Below are positions 27,621-39,728 of a stretch of DNA of 64,000 bases, one piece after another. Source of the DNA: Amoebidium appalachense (lineage: Eukaryota; Protista; Ichthyosporea); NCBI GenBank assembly GCA_963693365.1, contig CAVNZM010000004.1, positions 12,697,945 to 12,761,944 of the forward strand. Reading direction: 5' to 3'. Within the stretch, counting starts at the first letter, position 1; the number at the start of each line of letters is the position of its first letter. The notes under the pieces were generated by a model. The model was not told the DNA's origin and made no database searches. It saw only the letters and a list, made by a program, of their open reading frames with translations. Position numbers and translations under genes: made by a program.

Positions 27621-28274
27621 GTGCTGCCAGGTCCGGCCGTTCCCATCCACGTTTCTAGCCAGCCTACCGTGCTGCCTGCCCCCGTTTCCGAAGCCCCTGT
27701 CTTTGACGAATCACAATTCACCACGGCATCCAATCAGATTTCTGTGCCGACCACCAATCAGCCGACTTCAATCGATCCATCACTGCCGTCCCTGGATCCT
27801 CACTCCGATGACGATGAGATTCAGTCAGTGATTCTCCGTCGTTCCCCCCGTCGTGTGCCTGCCCCCGTGGGTCCACCCACCCACCCCCCCACCGGCCAGC
27901 AACCCCTGCTGCCGGCCCCTGCCGTCAATGACCACGTACCTGGTCATCTAACCCCGGTTCGTCCTGGGTCTCCGGAGTTCCACTCGGCCCTGTCCAGCCC
28001 CGTGTCATCCGACTCCCCCCTCAACACGGCACCCATCCCCGCCATCCAGGCTCCCATCCCCGAACCCCGAGTGTCTGTCCCAGACACTCCCCCGGCCCCT
28101 GAGCCCCTCCATCCCGTCCCCCGTCGTTACTTCTACACCAAGGACTACATCAACAGTGGGGACGTCACTGTCACCTACATCGACACCAAGAAGAACCTGG
28201 CCGATATCTTCACCAAGCCTCTGGCTGGTCCGGCCCACGACACACACCGTGCCAACCTCAGTCTCCGTGACTGA
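27621..28274 (+). pseudogene. Copia pol remnant: Pro/Ser-rich post-integrase linker fused to the RNase H C-terminus
   Basis: The LRRSPR-containing linker joins directly to RYFYTKDYINSGDVTVTYIDTKKNLADIFTKPL. No RT, protease, gag or integrase core motifs were found. Confidence 0.8.
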
Positions 28275-29001
28275 CCCGTGCACTGGTGTTCATCATCGAG
28301 TGGTTTCTGAGTAGGTTGGGGCCCTGGACAGCAGTTGACACACCTACGGTGATCAAGATGCCTCCCAACGAAAGTCTACTACTCCTCATCGTTTCTCTTC
28401 ATCAGTGGGGACTCAGTCTTACATCGTCATGTGTGTGCATCTTCAGTGGGGATTATTCTCCACCATCCGTCGTTTATTTATATTCATATCCCACCATATA
28501 TATTGGTTTTCTTCTATATTCGACTTTATATATATGTCGAACTGGGATGGCGTCCCAGTATAAATAATTATCTATAGCCATGGCGTGCTGGTTGACTGCC
28601 AGTCTAAACCTAGTCCACGGGATGCACCTTCCCCGTGTCTTAACTGGTTGACCACCAGTCTATAAATCAGTCCACAAGATGTTCATGCCTTGTGTTTACC
28701 TGGGTGGTCCCCAGTATAAACCATTAGCCACCAACACGTCACACATACACTAGTGTTTCCATAATATATATATATATATATATATCGCCGATAACCACCA
28801 TGATTTCTTATTTCGAGTCTTCAGAGGCAACCGTCGTTGTGTGCCTCTTCAGTTTTGATTCTCTCCTTCCCACCTCAAGGATCTTCGGTTTGCATCCTCG
28901 AGTGGGGAAACTTGAGTGTGACGGCCCCTCCTGTGTTTGGACCTCATCTACCGTCACATCAACAGACACGAGAACACAAACTTCAACCCCTTGAGTGGGG
29001 A

Positions 29002-29093
29002 TGTTGGAATACGTCACCATGTATGACAGCAAGAGCCTTGAAGTATGTATGTGTCCTAGCTTGTTTGTATTCGTGTCTGCTTTCCCTCTTTGT

Positions 29094-29149
<56 letters not shown>

Positions 29150-29909
29150 TCTCTCTCCCCCCCCCCCCCCCCCCCCCCCGTATCTCTCTCTCCCTTGTTT
29201 CTGTGGGCACAGATATCTGTAGATCTGTGCACACCTGGCTCTCTTGCCTGATAAGAACTTATTGTATTTTATTTCTGTTTGCTCTCCTCTGTTTATCTGA
29301 GAGGTAGCGTGATTGGCTAGCCTCACTCGTTGTCTTTCCTTTATTTCAAAATGGCTTAGTTTTGTTCTCAAAAGGATGGCTCGCCAATAGTCGCGAGCGA
29401 GTACATCTGTAGATTGTGTTGTGCATTCCTGTCTGTTAATATATGTGTGTTGTGATTGGACAATAGATATATATGGAATTCGGTTTATTGCAAAGTGTCT
29501 TCACTTTGAGAGTGTCGACTGTTAGGAAATATATGTATTTAAATAAGTTTCTTTATAGAGACGAACATAAATATATATGTGAGTTAATAGTGACTAGATG
29601 TATAATTACTTAATTTATTTAAGTAAGAGTTTCTACACTTTAGTTTAATCGGAAGTTGGAATGCGTATGCTCTGTCGGAATGTGTTTTTCTATCTTCTGA
29701 TAGAACCGATTGGTTCTCCCTCTTTAGTTGTGATAAGGTGATAAGTCGCAAGTACAAAAGGAACCGAGAGCACAATAAAGATTCAGTTGTTGTTTGAAAT
29801 CTTTCAATGTCTCGTGAACAACTCCGATTGCCCTCTCATTAATGTGTTAGTCGTGTTTTTACATGACACCTCTGTGCACTCTGCTCCCTTAGACCCGTAC
29901 AAAACAACA
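29002..29909 (+). repeat. 3' LTR (908 bp)
   Basis: Direct repeat of 25691-26605. I see three substitutions plus microsatellite length differences. Confidence 0.95.
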
Positions 29910-31010
29910 GGGCCACCTCCGGGACACGGGCCAAAACCTCGGGGGTGAACCACTGGGCAAGCCTACCATGGTCGCCACCAAAGGGGAGCAAGCCACCTGC
30001 AGGGACAGAGCTGTGTGAGCATCATGCCTAGAGTCCCAGGGGGGGGGGGGGGGGGGGGGGGGGTCATCAGCAAACATCTCCCGGCATCTTTTTCCCGTCT
30101 CAAACCAGTCTGGGACATTCTAAACCCGTAACCCATCCTGAACCATACCCTTTGTAACCGTTATTAGTTGGAGATGACTCCAAGCTATCCCTAACCCGCC
30201 TGGCTTTAGCAGGCGATATTAAAGACATCTCTGTAAGTACGTCCTTAGCATATCTGTAACCCGGCGAAACCCTATCCCGTGTTCCATCTGTTTCCTCCCC
30301 CAAGCATATCTTAGAGCCGTCTTTGTTATGTCTTAAACGAATCTATAAAAAGACAATATTTATGAACTTTTATTAAAAAGATATCCCCAGCATATCTGTA
30401 AGCTATCGATCAGCCGTCTACAAGAGCGCTTTGTGATCACCAATATCCATCTTTAATACTACTTTATGTAGTTCAGACGAACATATATGGCATACTTAAC
30501 ACCTCTTGAAGAATTTGCAGAGATATATTACAGATATGTTGTGGTTAACCTAAATGTATCCTTACGATGTAGTTATGTAATATGTTATTTCAGTCTAACA
30601 CGAGTTGTCGACTTTAGGACGTACTAAAAGCAACTCACCGATAGGCTAGGGATATTTTTATTGGTACATAGTGACACAAACAAGATATGCGTGAGACGTA
30701 TTTACGTCATAATATAGATTCATCATCAATTGAGGAAAAGACACAATTAATATACACTTTAGACGGCTTTAGGACGGCCTAACGTTATATATGGTCGCTC
30801 CCATAGATAGAATAATTATATATTCATAGTTCTGGTAACAGCACCGGAAGATTTCTTGATGCAATTTTAAAGCCATCTTTCAGGATGTTCTAAAAGTCAC
30901 ACTAAAAAGACCGTCGTCATCCTTAAAGTCATCTGTTGGATGGCTGGAGGTTGTCGTGATGATATCTTAAACCCCCACCTCCCTCCTCCCCCCCCCCCCC
31001 CCCCCCCCAC

Positions 31011-31572
31011 CCCACATGAACCTTTGACGATCGATGACGACGATGAGGTGCCAGACCCACAGGGTCTTTTCCTGGGGACCACCACCCACCCCACATGAAC
31101 CTTTAACGATCGATGACGACGACGAGGTGCCAGACCCACAGGGTCTTGCCTCCATACTTTATTTACCTTAACAGGACAAAGAGCCGGTACCCACCTATGG
31201 GTGCTAAACATGCACATGATCATTCATGTGCTATAAGAGCAACACAGAAACGAAACACGGAAACAACAACAGCCATAGGACAAAGAGCCCCAGACCCACA
31301 GGGTCTTGCCTCCATACTTTATTTACCTTAACAGGACAAAGAGCCGGTACCCACCTATGGGTGCTAAACATGCACATGATCATTCGTGTGCTATAAGAGC
31401 AACACAGAAACGAAACACGGAAACAACAGCAGCCATAGGACAAAGAGCCCCAGACCCACAGGGTCTTTCCTCCATACTTTATTTACCTTAACAGGACAAA
31501 GAGCCGGTACCCACCTATGAAACGAAAAACGGAAACAACAGCAGCCATAGGACAAAGAGCCGGTACCCACCT
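31011..31572 (+). repeat. 160-bp tandem repeat (2 full + 1 partial) preceded by a ~79-bp duplication
   Basis: AGACCCACAGGGTCT starts at 31053, 31132, 31292 and 31452; the 160-bp units are near-identical. Confidence 0.9.
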
Positions 31573-32146
31573 CTAGATGATAACGTAGCCTTATAGCTGC
31601 TGATGACTTCATGGGCCAACCTTGCCAAAACCTGTAAAGGAACTCGAGCTAAGAATTATCTCATCCTACTTGCGAGAAGTGGGGGGAGGGGGGGGGGGGA
31701 CTGAGGGGGCTGACTGAGAGTGGCAAAAAAAGAGTCGACAGAACCAACCTCAAACATAGTAAGGACGGAAACCCGGACCAGAACTTATGAAGTCTAGAGA
31801 AACAGAAAATAGCTTGAACGATCGGTGGAGGGGATGATAGCTATAGTGCTAACAGCAAAAGTAGTGCCCACAGTCGCTGGTTCAGGAACGTGAAAGGCAA
31901 CGTGCATCTGCAGCCAGCAGACACACGCACACGCACGCACACACACACACATACACACACACACACACAGACACAGACACAGACATAAACACAGGACGGA
32001 CACAGACCAGACAGACAAACGCCATATGCACAAAAGCAGGCAACACAAAACTAACCTTCAAAGGGCCTTTCAGAAGAAGCTGCAGCATGCAGCATGGTCC
32101 AAAACAATCAGCACGGTGGCTGCGCGATCTGCGGAGGGGATCTGTG

Positions 32147-32250
32147 ACCAGGCGACCTGCGGGAAGGGAACTGCGACCAGGCGACCTGCGGGAAGGGACC
32201 TGCGACCAGGCGACCTGCGGGAAAGGACCTGCGGACCTGCGGGAAGGGGG
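32147..32250. repeat. 29-bp minisatellite (~3.5 copies)
   Basis: ACCAGGCGACCTGCGGGAAGGGA(A/C)CTGCG at 32147, 32176 and 32205, plus a partial copy. Confidence 0.9.
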
Positions 32251-32664
32251 AAGAGAAATGGAGCAAACAACGTGCGTACAGGCTTAAATGGAGAAAAAAT
32301 TGCAAACCGGATTGGGATTTAGCCAATCACTATTCGCCGCGCCTGATTAGGGAAAAGATAAAAATAGATTTCGGCTCGCGCGCGCGCGTGCATCAGCTTG
32401 GTGCCCTTAGCGCTACCCTTAGTGCCCTTAGTCACAACTATCAGACTATAGTTACGTGTCCTCCACTTCTTTGTTCTTGACCATTTTTTCGGCATGAAAG
32501 GGTTTCTGTTACTTCTTGCTGTCCTTCTTAGCGTGCTTGCTTGTCTTTTTTTCAACATGGGTGTCACTGGCGCTTTCGACTTCTTTGAAATCACACACAC
32601 ACACACACACACACCCACACACACACACGCGCGCGCGCGCACGCACACACACTCACACATGCAC

Positions 32665-32700
<36 letters not shown>

Positions 32701-33174
32701 CGCGCATACACAGGCACGCACACACACACAGGCGCACACCTACACAACACACACAGCACATGCACACACAAGCGCACACACGCACACACCCTGTTATCCC
32801 TGATCATGATGCCCCCTCCCCCCCTCCCTCTTCCCCCCCCCGCGCACCCCCCCCCCCCCCCCCCCCACCCACCCACCCACCTACAAAGACGAAAACATTG
32901 TACATGTATTGCATACACAAATATACTCGCACATATACATACACACATTCACTTTAATCTTTCAGGCTACATGTGCAATTGGCATTAATTATGCACAGTC
33001 GATAGAATTCGTTGTGAAACCCCCCCCCCCCCCCCCCCCCCTCCCCCTCCCCCCCCTCCTCGTTCCCCCCATATGCAATGGGGAAAATATTGTTTCCCGC
33101 TATTAATTAAAAAATCACCGTTCTAACTTCCTAAGACCGAACCACTTGTAACACCGACAGTTTCGGTTGTGTGG

Positions 33175-33213
<39 letters not shown>

Positions 33214-33331
33214 CCCAACCCACCCACCACCACCTTACCAATATTGAGGTGTACACTGCCCCCACATCCCCAACTGTGTGCTGAATATCCCGTGCTAGGA
33301 AACCAATAACGTGAAAGTAACACATGCCGCA

Positions 33332-34440
33332 TGTGGGTAGTTATTGAAAAAACCAATAATGTCTAGGTAACATACTATGTACATATACTATGCTACAAAG
33401 GGGGTTCTATACGAGCTACAACGTTGTGTTTTTTTCGTGTGATCCTCGTACTCCAGGGGCACATTCCCCATCCCCCCCATAAACTTTGTGGTAAAGTTCT
33501 CGTGCTAGAAGCTGTTCTGTGGGTAGTTATTGAAAAAACGAATAATGTCTAGGTAACACATGTACATATTCTATGCTACAAGGGGGGTTCTATTCGAGCT
33601 ACAATGTTGTGTTTTTTTCGTGTGACCTTTGTACTCCAGGGGCACATTCCCCATCCCCCCCATAAACTTTGTGGTAAATCTCTCGTGCTAGAGGCTGTTC
33701 TGTGGGTAGTTATTGAAAAAACGAATAATGTCTAGGTAACACATGTACATATACTATGCTACAAGGGGGGTTCTATTCGAGCTACAATGTTGTGTTTTTT
33801 TCGTGTGACCCTCGTACTCCAGAGGCACATTCACCATCCCCCCCATAAACTTTTTGGTAAATCCCTCGTGCTAGAGGCTGTTCTGTGGGTAGTTATTTAA
33901 AGACCAATAATGTCTAGGTAACATATGTACATATACTATGCTACAAGGGGGGTTCTATACGAGCTACAACGTTGTGTTTTTTTCGTGTGACCCTCGTACT
34001 CCAGGGGCACATTCACCATCCCCCCCATAAACTTTGCGGTAAAGGTCTCGTGCTAGAAGCTGTTCTGTGGGTAGTTATTGAAAAAACCAATAATGTCTAG
34101 GTAACACCTGTACATATACTATGCTACAATTGCAAGGGGGGTTCTATTCGAGCTACAATGTTGTGTTTTTTTCGTTTTGACCCTCGTACTCCAGGGGCAC
34201 ATTCACCATCCCCCCCATAAAGGTTGTGGTAAATCTCTCGTGCTAGAGGCTGTTCTGTGGGTAGTTATTGAAAAACCAATAATGTCTAGGTAACATATGT
34301 ACATATACTATGCTACAAGGGGGGTTCTATACGAGCTACAACGTTGTGTTTTTTTCGTGTGACCCTCGTACTCCAGGGGCATATTCACCATCCCCGCCAT
34401 AAACTTTGTGGTAAATGTCTCGTGCTAGAAGCTGTTCTGT
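33332..34440. repeat. Satellite-like array of six 182-190 bp units
   Basis: Units begin TGTGGGTAGTTATT at 33332, 33518, 33701, 33884, 34066 and 34256. Confidence 0.95.
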
Positions 34441-34619
34441 GTCTGATGTGTGGATGTCTGTGTATGTTGTGTGTGTGTGCATGTCTGTGTGTGTGTATGT
34501 GCTCAGTTGAAAGGGAAGGGGGGGAGAGGGGGGATGCACCGTGTGTGTGCATGTGTGCACGTGTGTGTGTGTGCTCTGTGGAGAGGGGAAGGGGAGGGGG
34601 GAAATGCACCGTGTGTGTG

Positions 34620-34671
<52 letters not shown>

Positions 34672-34824
34672 TGTGTGTGTTGTGTGTTTGTGTGTGTGTG
34701 CATGTCTGTGTGCATCGTGTGTGTTGTGTGTGTGTGTGTGTGCATGTCTGTGCATGTGTGCATGTGCTCGGTGGAGAGGGAAGGGGAAGGGGGGGATTCG
34801 TGTCCGTGCATGTGTGCATGTGTG

Positions 34825-34879
<55 letters not shown>

Positions 34880-34954
34880 ATGTATGTGTGTGTGTATGTG
34901 CTCAGTTGAGAGGGAAGGGGAGGGGGGGGGTGCACCGTGTGTGTGCATGTGTGC

Positions 34955-35473
34955 ATGTTAATGCAAAGTACACACGGGGGAGTCCGTAGAATTTTTTTCC
35001 CGACGGAGGGGGGGGGGGACGTGATCGGGGAATTTCAGTGTTTTCTCCAGTCCCGCATGCAACATACCAGCCTTCGTATTCAAAAAACCCAAACACCCTT
35101 TCCTTTAGCAAGTAGCTGACTTTCTCACCACCAAACGTAGATGGGGGTGGGGGGGAGTGCCCACGTTCACCCACACATCCCCACGGGCATTTGCCGGCCC
35201 ATCAGGGGGGTCCAAGAGGGGGGGGGGGGGGGGGTCATTCTATAGTGTGCATGTGTTGTGGAGGGAAAAAACGTGCAAAAACCCTCAGAATGGACGGATT
35301 TCGATGCAGTTTTTTTTTGTTTTCCCAATGGGAAGGTATGTTAATGCAAACTACACACGGGGGAGTCCGTAGGATTTTTTTCCCGACGGAGGGGGGAACG
35401 TGATCGGGGAATTTCAAGACGAAAAATCTAAAATCTCAATATCTGCCAAAACCCTCCGAATGGACGGGGGGGA

Positions 35474-35518
<45 letters not shown>

Positions 35519-35621
35519 GGCATCAAACGTGATGGCTCACACACCCCCACTGAAATTTGCTGGCCCCATAGGTGGGGTCCATGGGGGGGGGGGGTCATTG
35601 TATAGTGTGCTTTTTTTTTGT

Positions 35622-35653
<32 letters not shown>

Positions 35654-35660
35654 CACATTG
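34955..35660. repeat. Degenerate direct duplication, ~380-bp period
   Basis: ATGTTAATGCAAA(G/C)TACACACGGGGGAGTCCGTAG...GTGATCGGGGAATTTCA at ~34955 and ~35338. TTGC(C/T)GGCCCCAT...GGGGTCCA...GGTCATT(C/G)TATAGTGTGC at ~35190 and ~35557. Confidence 0.75.
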
Positions 35661-37991
35661 GGTGGTTATTTCCAAGGCAATGGCAACGTCCCCCCCCCCC
35701 CCCCCCCCCCCCTCTCCCCGGTGGGCCCGCCGCTGCGCTGCGGAAGATTACTCTGATCCACTCGAATCCTTTTGTCCCAAACACAGGCTTGCAGGATAAG
35801 AAAGGCCTGCACCTTGCAAAGCTGGATGCCTATTTTGCATCAGAAGGGAACTTCGACCCCAGCCCCAGGCTTGAAGGACGTGGCAATTGCCTAAAGTTCC
35901 TGCCGCTACAGCTGCAGTTGTTCCTAGCGGGCTTAACGCCTGCTGAAGCACGGGGGACTCCACGGGGGGATCTGCCTCTTCCAGTGAAAAGAAAAATATT
36001 CCCATACAACAGCTGCTATATTCGACTGCAAGAAGGTGAGGAGGGAGTGTATCTTAGGGTGGTGGGGTGTAAGGAGTTTTATGGTCGGCGATCCGCACTG
36101 CAGTTTCAGGTATGGTTGGCGTATTTATTCAGGACGTACTGACAGAATAGTAAGTATAGCTCTAGTATAGCGTGATGATATTCTTAGGCGCTTCCTAAGG
36201 TATGCGATATATATCTTTGCGTTTTTTTGCGTTTTTTGTGCATTTTTTTATTTTTTATTTTTTAATGTGTTTATTTAGGGTAAATTCCACGCACCGGCCA
36301 CTTGCTCCGCGCAGGCATTGCACCGTTTGCCAAGGTATCTCGCCTAATTTATAGGTACCTTAAATATTATTATAACTAAAACTTCTGTATTTGGCAGTTG
36401 AATGCCCCAGTTTTACTTACATTAGACGGATCATGATTGTAATGATAACAGTGCTTCGGATTCTGTTTTGCACCCCTCCAGTAAATCTTTGTTTCCATTG
36501 GCTATCAACGCCTCGCGCGCACCTGCGCGACGCCTTCATGTTTCATGTTTCAATAAAAGCGTACCTTGTGACGCCTTCATTGTGAATGCAGTGTGAAATT
36601 CGATCCTAAAAAACAACCAATCAAAAACGTTGGAGTGATCTATCCCACAATCAAATGCGAAATCCCTTTTCCGGCCGTATATATTGAGCTAACCCGCGCA
36701 TCATGGATCGTGGTCCTGGGTAATCGGCATTGACCGGGTGGTGAAGACGCCGTGGCTGAGGATAGCGATACGTGCTTTGCTTTTCTATCCCAGGGAACAC
36801 TTAAAGATCATCTAAATCGATCCCATTGAAGCCTTAAAGAGGTCCTAAAATAATCCTAACACAATACCTAATTGCAACTCTGAACATCTTTAAGCTACCC
36901 CAAATAGGGCGTGAAGATCGCAGAAAGGTATCACCAATACTTGCCTAAGATTGCGTTAGCATATCACATGCACATACATGGCCTGTCTTGAAGATATAAT
37001 TTGGTTGGCCAATAGCGCTACAAAAGAACTCTCCAAAGATCTCCTTAGATGATCCACTGCCTAGCTGTGATATATCCTGACGACATTCTAACGCAATCAG
37101 TTCGTTTCGCAAATGTTGCATGGCCATACGGGATTAAGAGAGGATAAAGATTGTACTAAGATTTCCGCAGTACATCTTTAACATATCTCTACGCCGATCC
37201 CACGAGCGCCTTGTGTCAACTTACTTGCGTGTATAATGCATCTTACACACATCTATATAATATGTATCGGTATCTCTCATAGACATCCTGTAGAATGAGT
37301 GCAGACGTCTTTAGGACATCTGTTAACTACCCCATGTTCCGGGATGATAACAATATGTCCTCAATCCGTCCAGGATATCTTTAAGACGTAAAAGACCACA
37401 AAATTCGAAAGACGTCTTTAATATATCCCGTATGCATCCGCAACCCATCGGACAATTTAAAGGGGGGTTAGGGACATCCGGACTTGTGCTGATGGGTATA
37501 AGTGCACTTCCAGGTGTCTGTATGACATCTTGTCAGACGACTTTACTACGTCTTTAAGATGTCCACTGTCTTGAATCCATGCCAGACGTATTTAATATAT
37601 ATGGGATGTGTTTCAGACGCCTTGCCATCCTGAAATTCCGGGTTATCCTAAACCCGTCCTAAGCTATCTTTTAGATATATTAACGACGATAGGACGTCCT
37701 AAAGTCGTACAGGACAGGTTTCGGATGGGGGGTGATCTTTGCTGATGGTAAAGGCAACGAGCGGGGTGGGCGGCAGGCAAGCGGGTGCACAGGCACTGCC
37801 AGGCAAACAAGGGGGGGGAGGGGGGGGGGGGGGGGGGGCGTAGCTAAAGGGCAGAGGATGCATGCAGCGCTGGCAGGGAGGGCGGGGGAAGGGGAGGGGG
37901 GGTATGCGCGCACAAGCCGCGGTGTAGGCGTGCGTGTGTGCGCTAGTGTGTGGGTGTGTATGAGCATGTGTGTGTAACACCGAGGTTAAGC

Positions 37992-38155
37992 ATGTACTCG
38001 CTCGCGACTATTGGCGAGCCATCCTTTTGAGAACAAAACTAAGCCATTTTGAAATAAAGGAAAGACAACGAGTGAGGCTAGCCAATCACGCTACCTCTCA
38101 GATAAACAGAGGAGAGCAAACAGAAATAAAATACAATAAGTTCTTATCAGGCAAG
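37992..38155 (-). repeat. Inverted 164-bp internal fragment of the Copia LTR fused to the truncated Ngaro RNase H
   Basis: Reverse complement of ~29243-29406; carries the 3'-LTR alleles TCTGAGAGG and CTTTATTTC. Confidence 0.9.
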
Positions 38156-39728
38156 CCAGGGCCACGGCAATGCCAGCCAGCTCAAACAGCACGGAAGCCC
38201 ACACATCTCCGCCAGCAATGACCGTGCGCCAATGGTCCGTCCATGCTAGGTGAAACCACGCTTGACCCCAGTAGCCACCGCATCCTATGCTGCCGGCCGC
38301 ATCTGTGGTGAACATGTGATGCACGGGGGGGGTAAGCACACGTATGCCGTTCCACTCGGGGAGGAACTCCGACCACAGCACAACGTCGGCTCGTGCGTCG
38401 GCGCAAACACGGATGTGGTGGTGGGGCCCTAGGCCGGCCCTCTCAGCCTCCGCCAGCAGATGAAGCAAGCGTTGAAGAAAGGCACGGGCACGCCCCAGCG
38501 CCACAACCTGAGCACACCACATGAGCTTACCGCACAGGGACCGTAGGTCTCGAACAGTGGCCTTGGTGCGACCCCGCCAATCGGCTAGCAGGGCCCGGAG
38601 CTCGGTCAGCTTGACGGCAGGTAAGCGGGCCTCCATGCGCAGAGTGTCCCACTCGAGCCCAGAGTAGATGAGCGTGTGTGAGGGCAGCTGCACTTTGTCG
38701 TCGGCAAGCGTAACACCCACCTTCGAGCACACCCACCGAAACACCAGCATGTTCAAGTTGAAGGCGCACTCTTGCAGCGTACGGCCGGCGAAAAAGAAGT
38801 CGTCCACAAAATGCTGTGTCTCTGTGGCGTTGAGGGCGTGGGCGAAGTGCTGCAGGGCCTGAGCTATGCGTTCCCAGAACGCTGGGCTGGACCGCAAGCC
38901 AAACGGTAGGCGGGTCTCCACATAGAACGCGCCTAGCAGCTGGAACGACAGCAGTGGCTGGTCGTCTGGGTGCACCGGGCCGTGACGAAAGGCACCCTTC
39001 ACGTCGTATGCCCCGAGGAAGCAGCCCTGGCCGAGCCGAGCTACTGTTTGCATCACCGTGCGGATGGTGATGTACTCCAGCTGATCCGGGTAATCGACCC
39101 CATCGTTGATACTGGAGCCACGCGGGAAGGAAAGGTCGTGGATGCGGCGGACGCCCGTGCCGCCCTTTTTGGGAACTGCCCCGAGGGGCGAGGATACAAA
39201 ATAAGGATAAAGGGCCACCATCTCGTCGCGGGTGAAGGGGCCCAGGATGTGGCCGCATGCCACTTCCTTCGCAATGTCGGCTGCAAGCTGCTCACGGGCC
39301 GCCAGCGCGGACGGGTGGTTTCGGCCCACCCGGGTGACCCGCTCGCCGAAGTAACCGACCGAGAAGCCCAGCTCTAAGTCGCGGAGCAGAGCCTGCTGAA
39401 ACGCACTGTCGGGGTGCGGAAACAACTCAAACAAACGGCGGAAGTTGGGGACAGATACGGTCTGTGGTGGTGCCGCTGGGGGGGGTGACCATGGGCCCCG
39501 CAGGGCAACGGAGAGGGCAGGCCCAGCGCTGACGTCAGCCCCTGCCCGAAAGGGGGCTGGGCCCCCTAAGCCGGGTTGGCCCCCCCTTCCCCCGCCCCGT
39601 TGGCTGGGTTGGGAGGGCAGGCGTGTGCGCCGTGCGCCGCTGAGCCGCACTTCAGGCAGGCGTGCTTGTAGCGGCAAGGGTTGGGTCCCTTCCTGGTGCA
39701 GCCCTTGGCCGTGTTGAAGCCCCGGCAT
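38156..39728 (-). CDS. Ngaro reverse transcriptase / RNase H, 3'-truncated
   Basis: SPLGAVPKK, RRIHDLSFP, DVKGAFRH, RLPFGLRSSP, HFVDDFFF, SLCGKLMW, then RNase H TTDAAGSIGCG and LFELAGI. Sequence switches to LTR-derived DNA at 38155. Confidence 0.92.

Larger units (their letters stand above)
25691..29909 (+). mobile_element. Non-autonomous (internally deleted) Ty1/Copia LTR retrotransposon
   Basis: LTRs 25691-26605 and 29002-29909 (TGTTG...CAACA). 5-bp TSD GGGCC at 25686-25690 and 29910-29914. PBS GGTTATGGGCCC at 26606; polypurine tract GAGTGGGGA before the 3' LTR; Copia RNase H tail NLADIFTKPL. Confidence 0.95.
30065..37747. mobile_element. Putative non-autonomous TIR DNA element (CMC/EnSpm-like organisation), ~7.7 kb
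   Basis: Left end CATCAGCAAACATCTCCC versus right end reverse complement CATCAGCAAAGATCACCC (16/18). GT flanks both ends (possible 2-bp TSD). Both ends have ~0.9 kb of degenerate AAGACGTCTT/AAGATATCTT-type motifs. No transposase found. Confidence 0.55.

Noticed and set aside
31600-31630. Hammerhead ribozyme core CTGATGA
   Set aside because: No stem II or GAAA partner follows.
33332-34440. CRISPR-like array (also considered for 31051-31572 and 32147-32250)
   Set aside because: Whole units repeat with no unique spacers, no cas genes, and the context is eukaryotic.
38091-38155. C-terminus of the 545-aa RT ORF (CLIRTYCILFLF...)
   Set aside because: Derived from the inverted LTR fragment.
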